Virus record (IMG/VR): IMGVR_UViG_3300027969_000041
Length of the DNA stretch: 64,000 nucleotides
Source of the DNA: a virus
Lineage: Duplodnaviria; Caudoviricetes
Strand: one strand, 5' to 3'
The number at the start of each line of letters is the position of its first letter. Position 1 is the stretch's first letter. Below are positions 58,801 to 64,000 of the stretch, piece after piece. The position numbers and the translations under genes are program-made. The notes below the pieces were generated by a model. The model was not told where the DNA came from and did no database searches. It was given only the letters and a program-made list of their open reading frames with translations.

Positions 58801-59224
58801 CAGTGATGAAATTATTTTTCAACCTGTAAAATATAAAGTATTGTTTAGTAGCAACGCAGATATTAATCTGCAAGCAACATTCAAGGCTGCAAAAAATTCT
58901 ACAAGACCTGTTAGCGACAATGAATTAAAAACAAGAATCCTATCTGCAATCAACGATTTCTTTAGCTTATCAAATTGGGATTTTGGTCAAACATTTTACT
59001 TTAGCGAATTATCGACCTATGTAATGAATCTATTAACACCAGATATCACAAACTTTGTAATAGTACCTAAATCAAACAACAATTTTGGAAGTTTATATGA
59101 GGTTGCTTGTGCAAGTAACGAAATTTTCATTAGCGGTGCAACTGTATTTGATATAGAAATCATCGATGCAATTACATCATCACAATTAAAAACAACATCT
59201 ATCGTAACTGGTACCGGAAGTTAA
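55865..59224 (+). CDS. gp6: Baseplate wedge subunit
   Basis: DFETLR, SEYIALIDLIA, RENFLETAQRRDSILRLA.LV.Y.P, FADG.FG.LP, QNRMVTAEDY. Confidence 0.9.
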   Translation: MIPSTNNKLLVSEDWKKIYQSYRNADFQSYDFETLRRTMIQYLQENFPEDFNDFIDSSEYIALIDLIAFLGQNLSFRIDLNARENFLETAQRRDSILRLAQLVSYVPKRNTPANGFLKVTAVSTTDNVIDGNGINLANTTVGWNDPTNSNWYSQFLAIMNSSMAGSFSFGKPYDRQTINGILTEQYRINSANTDVPVYGFTKNIGGTSMAFEIVSSGFSGKTSIYEEAPRPANPLGLIYKNDNQGNGSNNTGFFAHFRQGSLSVANFAVDNPVPNEIVGVNTTNINNTDVWLWQLDSNNSYSTLWTKVSDVIGNNVIYNSLSNDVRNIYSVTSRDQDQVDLNFADGSFGNLPKGNFRLFYRQSNGLTYSIKPEQMSGIVIDVPYYNKNNQQHTLTLTLTLEYTVNNSSGTESNASIQSKAPQAYYVQNRMVTAEDYNIAPLTLGNDILKVKSVNRVSSGLSKYFDLSDVSGKYSKTNIFATDGIVYKDTKENIFEFEFTTRNEVFAVIKQQLATVISSTSMRSFYFDQYSRPLLLESTWLVPVPKQPRGYFNKDNGPVPVGTFNSDNFKYIEAGALIKFVPPSGKFFTANGNLTSAESTTTRKYIWSKVVQVVGTGAGTLDDGTGPVILSDVIPANSIPVEVIPKFVNVFSYAFETELVNLCLGQRNFGLSFDNESRSWNIISDTNLDILSSFSLASQGDKTNNSKDASWMIAFIWNSKKYTVRYRNTDFIFESEKETAFFVDADSINYDFTTDTIVKDQVNVLSINQSNTSTYVSLGKDYTWQIDNAVIEPDGYIEPKKVKVSFYDYNNLGQITDPDTFNNIVQPLTTSTNGYRDKFVYFKRLSDGLRYVLVDGIEAYPTPDAVGNNPDPSVLYYFYDQNYNVVNTYSTTTNAWVYQPEYFAYPGRSGLKFHYVHNSSEDRRIDPSKSNLIDVYLLTSAYDAEYRNWLTTGIGYEPLAPTSQSLEENFSSSLETIKTVSDEIIFQPVKYKVLFSSNADINLQATFKAAKNSTRPVSDNELKTRILSAINDFFSLSNWDFGQTFYFSELSTYVMNLLTPDITNFVIVPKSNNNFGSLYEVACASNEIFISGATVFDIEIIDAITSSQLKTTSIVTGTGS

Positions 59225-59225
59225 C

Positions 59226-62200
59226 ATGGCAAAACAAGTTATTAAATCGATCAATCTACTACCTGAGATTTTTAGAACAGGTAAGAATTCAAAATTTTTA
59301 GCAAGTACAATTGATCAATTAATCCAACCTCCGGATCTAGAACGAATTGATGGATATGTTGGATCTAAATTAACACCAACATATGTATCTACGACTGACA
59401 ATTATATTCCTGAGTCTCTATCGTTACGCAGAAATTATCAATTAGAACCTGCGTTGGTTATTAAAGATAATGCTTCTAATGTAACAGATGTTATCGGGAT
59501 TGATGACCTTGCCAACGAGATTTCTACCAAAGGCGGCAAAAGTGATAACTTTGATAGGTTGTTTAGATCCGAAGTATACTCTTATGATCCGCATATTGAT
59601 TGGGACAAGTTAGTTAACTACCAAGAATATTATTGGATGGTTACTGGACCCGAGACTATTGTTATTACAGGCGAGCAACGCAATACCACTAGCACTTATA
59701 CTGTGATAGACAATGGTACCGGATCTTCGTTTATTTTTAGTCCTGACGGGCTAACTGAAGATCCTGTAATTGAATTGTACAGAGGTAATACTTACCATTT
59801 TGAAGTTAAATCTTCATTTAAGTTTTTTGTTAAAACATCTCCCACCACAGGCAACGGTGATCAATATAACTATGGCATTACTAATAATGGAACATCTTCC
59901 GGTACCGTAACAATTGTTGTTGGTCAAAACACCCCTGACACATTATATTACACTAATGATAGTCAACAATTTATGCAAGGACAGTTTTCAATTAAATCTT
60001 TAGATCAAGATACTTCTATTGATATTGACTTAGCAATCGTAGGTAAGAAATTTTACACATCCGGACTAGGAGTTGAGCTAACTAACGGAATGAAAATAAG
60101 GTTTGGCGGAACTATTACTCCTGAATCTTATAGAGAAAAAGAATATTTTGTAGAGGGCGTTGGCAAAGCAATCCAATTAATTGATTATTCATTATTAACT
60201 GCTTCACAAAGTATTAAAAATGTTTATAATGATAACTTTGATACTACTGCGTTCGATGACTACCCGTTTGACAATTATAAAAGTTTACCCCTTGTACCAG
60301 AATATATCACTATCAATCGTGCCAGCCAGGATTTAAATCCTTGGTCTAAATATAATCGTTGGGTACACAGCAGTGCTATTAAAGCAAGTGCAGAAGCCAA
60401 TAATCAAATCCCTGTATATCCTGCTAACCAGCGAGCAAAACGACCTATCATTGAATTTGTACCAAATTTAAAATTGTTTAATTTTGGTTCAACTGGAATT
60501 GATGATGTTGATTATATTGATACAGTTACAACTGATGCATTTAGTAAAGTAGAAGGTTCTGCCGGTTATTATGTTGACGGAATTTTATTAGAGCAAGGTA
60601 ATACAGTTATTTTTAGTGCAGACACTGATTCAATTGTTCGTAATAAAGTTTTTCGAGTTAACTATGTTAAATTAAAAGGTAGTACTTATTTAGAACTACA
60701 AACAGTTTCGTCACCCGAAGCCGAAGCTAGTGTTAGTGTAAATTTTGGAAAAAAATATGCAGGTACTAACTGGTGGTTTGATGGATCTAATTGGAATTTT
60801 TCTCAACAGCACGATTCATTAAATCAAGCACCTTTGTTTGATCTGTTTGATAAATTGGGAAATCGATACAGCGACACTGTACATTACCTAAGTAGTTTTA
60901 GCGGTAATAAAATATTTGGTTATGAAATAGGTACAGGATCGAATGATACTGTTTTAGGGTTTCCATTAAAATATAAAAATAGTTCTGGAGTAGGTAGCTA
61001 CTTGTTTAAGAATTATTTCATGACTGATACTATTTCCATATCAGAAAGCAATCAAGTTGTTACTAAAATTTCTACTGCCGATACTTACCTTAAGTTTATA
61101 AACGACGAGACTTATACAAATGTATGGGCATTAACAGCTGATTATCAGATACCTATTTTACAATTTCAAACAATTGAAAATCAATCTACTTCTACAATTG
61201 CAATAACAGCAGTTGATAATCCTGCTATTGTAGATTTGCAATTAGATGTATTTGTCAATAGCGTTAAAATAGATGCATACACAACTGCAATAACCGGACC
61301 TAATTATTTTGTTAAGTTTACAAATGTTTTAACTCCTGGGGACAACGTCTTATTCAAAATATACACAGATGTTCCGGTCAATAATAACGGCTATTATGAA
61401 TTACCGTTGAGTTTGACTAATAATCCGTTAAACGGTCCAATTACTTCGTTAACACTAAGTGAATTAAGCGACCATTTGCATACTGCAATTCATAAATCTC
61501 CCGACTTTGTTGGAAATTTTCCAGGAGTAAGTAATTTAAGAGATATTTCTAATATTGTAGCGTATGGAGACAGATTAATTTCTAATGCTAGCCCACTGGC
61601 ATTTGCTAGTTTCTTTATTGGAAAGAAAAATCACAGTGTTATCGATGCTACTGCTAAGGCCGCCGACCAATATAATCAATTTAAGATTTCTCTTCTAAAA
61701 CAATTAGTTAAACTTGAAGATCAAACAGACCCGGTTGCCGCGCTTGACATTGCCTTAAAAGAAATTAATCTTGATAAAGATCTTTTATCTCCGTACTATC
61801 TCTCAGATATGATAGCCTACGGCACAGATAAAACTGTTAGAACATGGACGGTAACAGATGTACGAAATACAGTCTATCCTATTACATCTGATTTTAGACT
61901 CGATAAATTAAGTTTACGGTCTGTCTTAGTTTATCTAAATGGTGTACAACTTATTAATAGTGTTGATTACGAATTTGTAACTGACGATTCTACTATTCAA
62001 ATGTTAACACCACTTGTAGTTGGTGATACAATTACTATTAATGATTATTATAGTACAGCAGGTTCTTTTGTACCATCAACTCCTACGAAGTTGGGATTAT
62101 TTCCTAAATTTACTCCTAGAATATTTGAAGACACATCATACATTAGTGCTCCTGTAAATGTTATACAAGGACATGACGGTAGTATTATGTTGGCCTACAA

Positions 62201-64000
62201 CGATTTTAGAGATAACGTTATTCTTGAATTTGAAAAGCGTATCTATAACAACATTAAAACTTTGTACAGAGAAGATTTAATAGATATAAATTCTGTTCTA
62301 CCAGGTGCATTTAGATCAACCGACTACTCTGTTAATGAAATAAATGAAATACTTCAAAGCGACTTTATTAAGTGGGCAGGTTTTTACGGCATCGATTATT
62401 CTACAAATAATATCACCTTACCAGACGAGTCCCGTACATGGAATTTTCAAGGTGGGTACAGTGATGTAGTCGAAAAATCTGTTTCTGGATTCTGGAGAGC
62501 TGTGTTAAAATACTTCTATGACACTGACCGTCCGGACATATGTCCTTGGGAAATGTTAGGATTTAGTGAAAAGCCAACCTGGTGGGAAAGAGAATATGGT
62601 CCTGCTCCGTATACCTCTGGCAACGAAATGCTATGGGACGATTTAAAAACAGGTACAATCCGTCAAGGAACTCGAGCAGGAATACATTCAGTATATGCTC
62701 GACCTGGACTATATTCTATTTTACCAGTTGACAACTTTGGTAATCTAGTTGATACATCATCTTTGCTTTCTACAATTACAGAATACAATAAACGTCAAGA
62801 TTGGAAATTTGGCGACCAAGGACCTGCTGAAACTTCTTGGAGAAGAAGCAGTTACTGGCCATTTGCGGTTCAACGGTTATTAGCATTAACCAAGCCTGCT
62901 GTATATGCATCATTGATGTATGATACAAGTCGAGTAACAAAGAATCTTGCAGGACAGTGGACTTATGGTACCGATGGTGAATTTTTAAACATTAAAAATA
63001 TTTTTATTCATGATGATAATAAAACTTTAACCAGCGGCTATAGTGTATTTGTTTCTGAAACAGGACAGCAACGTTCTAAAGATTATATTAATGAATTAAA
63101 AACTGATTTAAGTAATATTGATTTTAATTTATTTTACAAAGTTGGTGGGTTTGTTAGCAAAGATAAATTGCAGATTCTTATTGATGCATACGACCCTACA
63201 ACTACCGGACCTGGCGCATTACTTCCACAAGAAGATTATAACTTAATCTTGAATACCAGTAACCCGGTTAAGTCTATTGGAATTTCTGGTATTATTATTC
63301 AGACTACTGACGATAAATTTACTGTACAAGGGTATGATACTGAGAATCCGTATTTTACAATTTATGAACCTACTAGAAATTCCTCTACACCTACTATTAC
63401 TGTAGGTGGAGTATCTGAATCCTATGTAACATGGACTGCAGGGACCACTAGCGGAAATACTGGATTGTCTGATGCAGATACTACAACAGCAGTAGCAGCA
63501 TCGTCTGGTAAATTCTATCAAGCCGGGCAGTTAGTTGCGTACGGTAATGATTTTTACAGAGTTAAAATTAGTCACCAAAGTGGCTCTACATTTAATACTG
63601 CATATTTTCAAGCCATAACAACTGTACCTTTAACTGGCGGAGCAACAGTACAAACTGAAAATGGTTTTAATTTTACACCTAAACTTGTTCCTTATAAAAC
63701 AGAATTTAACACTATTCAAGAAATCTACGATTTAATTATAGGTTATGGCAAGTGGTTAACAACTCAGGGATTTATATTTGACGAGTATAATGCTGATTTT
63801 AATTCTACCATTGATTGGTATTTTTCCGGGAAAGAGTTCTTATACTGGACTACTCAGAAATGGTCAGATCGTAGTATTATTACCCTAAGTCCGTTTGCAG
63901 GTAAAATCAAATATCAGCTAGCTGGAACAGTGGTAGATAATGTTTTTGATAGTTTCTATCAATACAGTTTATTAAATGCGTCTGGGTTATCTTTCCCACA
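59226..64000 (+). CDS. Giant baseplate-associated protein (gp7-like position), truncated at the window end; absent from the ORF track
   Basis: ATG at 59226 follows the gp6 stop: MAKQVIKSINLLPEIFRT...DKLVNYQEYYW. Assumed open to the edge (over 1590 codons) because the track lists no terminated ORF here. Confidence 0.75.
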   Translation, partial: MAKQVIKSINLLPEIFRTGKNSKFLASTIDQLIQPPDLERIDGYVGSKLTPTYVSTTDNYIPESLSLRRNYQLEPALVIKDNASNVTDVIGIDDLANEISTKGGKSDNFDRLFRSEVYSYDPHIDWDKLVNYQEYYWMVTGPETIVITGEQRNTTSTYTVIDNGTGSSFIFSPDGLTEDPVIELYRGNTYHFEVKSSFKFFVKTSPTTGNGDQYNYGITNNGTSSGTVTIVVGQNTPDTLYYTNDSQQFMQGQFSIKSLDQDTSIDIDLAIVGKKFYTSGLGVELTNGMKIRFGGTITPESYREKEYFVEGVGKAIQLIDYSLLTASQSIKNVYNDNFDTTAFDDYPFDNYKSLPLVPEYITINRASQDLNPWSKYNRWVHSSAIKASAEANNQIPVYPANQRAKRPIIEFVPNLKLFNFGSTGIDDVDYIDTVTTDAFSKVEGSAGYYVDGILLEQGNTVIFSADTDSIVRNKVFRVNYVKLKGSTYLELQTVSSPEAEASVSVNFGKKYAGTNWWFDGSNWNFSQQHDSLNQAPLFDLFDKLGNRYSDTVHYLSSFSGNKIFGYEIGTGSNDTVLGFPLKYKNSSGVGSYLFKNYFMTDTISISESNQVVTKISTADTYLKFINDETYTNVWALTADYQIPILQFQTIENQSTSTIAITAVDNPAIVDLQLDVFVNSVKIDAYTTAITGPNYFVKFTNVLTPGDNVLFKIYTDVPVNNNGYYELPLSLTNNPLNGPITSLTLSELSDHLHTAIHKSPDFVGNFPGVSNLRDISNIVAYGDRLISNASPLAFASFFIGKKNHSVIDATAKAADQYNQFKISLLKQLVKLEDQTDPVAALDIALKEINLDKDLLSPYYLSDMIAYGTDKTVRTWTVTDVRNTVYPITSDFRLDKLSLRSVLVYLNGVQLINSVDYEFVTDDSTIQMLTPLVVGDTITINDYYSTAGSFVPSTPTKLGLFPKFTPRIFEDTSYISAPVNVIQGHDGSIMLAYNDFRDNVILEFEKRIYNNIKTLYREDLIDINSVLPGAFRSTDYSVNEINEILQSDFIKWAGFYGIDYSTNNITLPDESRTWNFQGGYSDVVEKSVSGFWRAVLKYFYDTDRPDICPWEMLGFSEKPTWWEREYGPAPYTSGNEMLWDDLKTGTIRQGTRAGIHSVYARPGLYSILPVDNFGNLVDTSSLLSTITEYNKRQDWKFGDQGPAETSWRRSSYWPFAVQRLLALTKPAVYASLMYDTSRVTKNLAGQWTYGTDGEFLNIKNIFIHDDNKTLTSGYSVFVSETGQQRSKDYINELKTDLSNIDFNLFYKVGGFVSKDKLQILIDAYDPTTTGPGALLPQEDYNLILNTSNPVKSIGISGIIIQTTDDKFTVQGYDTENPYFTIYEPTRNSSTPTITVGGVSESYVTWTAGTTSGNTGLSDADTTTAVAASSGKFYQAGQLVAYGNDFYRVKISHQSGSTFNTAYFQAITTVPLTGGATVQTENGFNFTPKLVPYKTEFNTIQEIYDLIIGYGKWLTTQGFIFDEYNADFNSTIDWYFSGKEFLYWTTQKWSDRSIITLSPFAGKIKYQLAGTVVDNVFDSFYQYSLLNASGLSFP

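Noticed and set aside
1-64000. Stop-codon reassignment, inteins, tRNA genes
   Set aside because: Core genes are full length in the standard code, no intein-sized insertions with splice motifs were seen in terminase, portal or gp46, and no tRNA cloverleaf was noticed in the intergenic gaps.

Overview
This is the virion-morphogenesis region of a large T4-like (probably jumbo) myophage. It is AT-rich, reads in the standard genetic code and shows no host genes, tRNAs or CRISPR array. In order it carries: terminase (running off the left edge), head-completion, tail tube, sheath and neck genes, a dNMP kinase, a block of six Ser/Thr/Gly-rich fibre/spike genes, the gp23-gp22-gp21-core-gp20 head operon, a tape-measure-like gene, a gp26/gp51-like pair, a GIY-YIG nuclease, histone-H1-like proteins, gp46/gp47, a gp55-like late sigma factor and the baseplate operon (last ORF runs off the right edge). 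Product calls come from motif recognition and gene order, not database searches. Main observations: (1) a ~1750-aa beta-helix spike-like protein with five phycobiliprotein-like domains that keep the bilin-attachment C-x-R-D motif; (2) a ~450-nt densely base-paired non-coding region directly downstream of a minimal GIY-YIG nuclease, sharing a 13-mer with the head-operon leader; (3) a candidate -1 frameshift (T TTT TTC) fusing the gp26-like and gp51-like ORFs; (4) many late genes whose ATG lies exactly 5 nt after the TAAATA late promoter, suggesting leaderless mRNAs, while high-copy virion genes have Shine-Dalgarno leaders.
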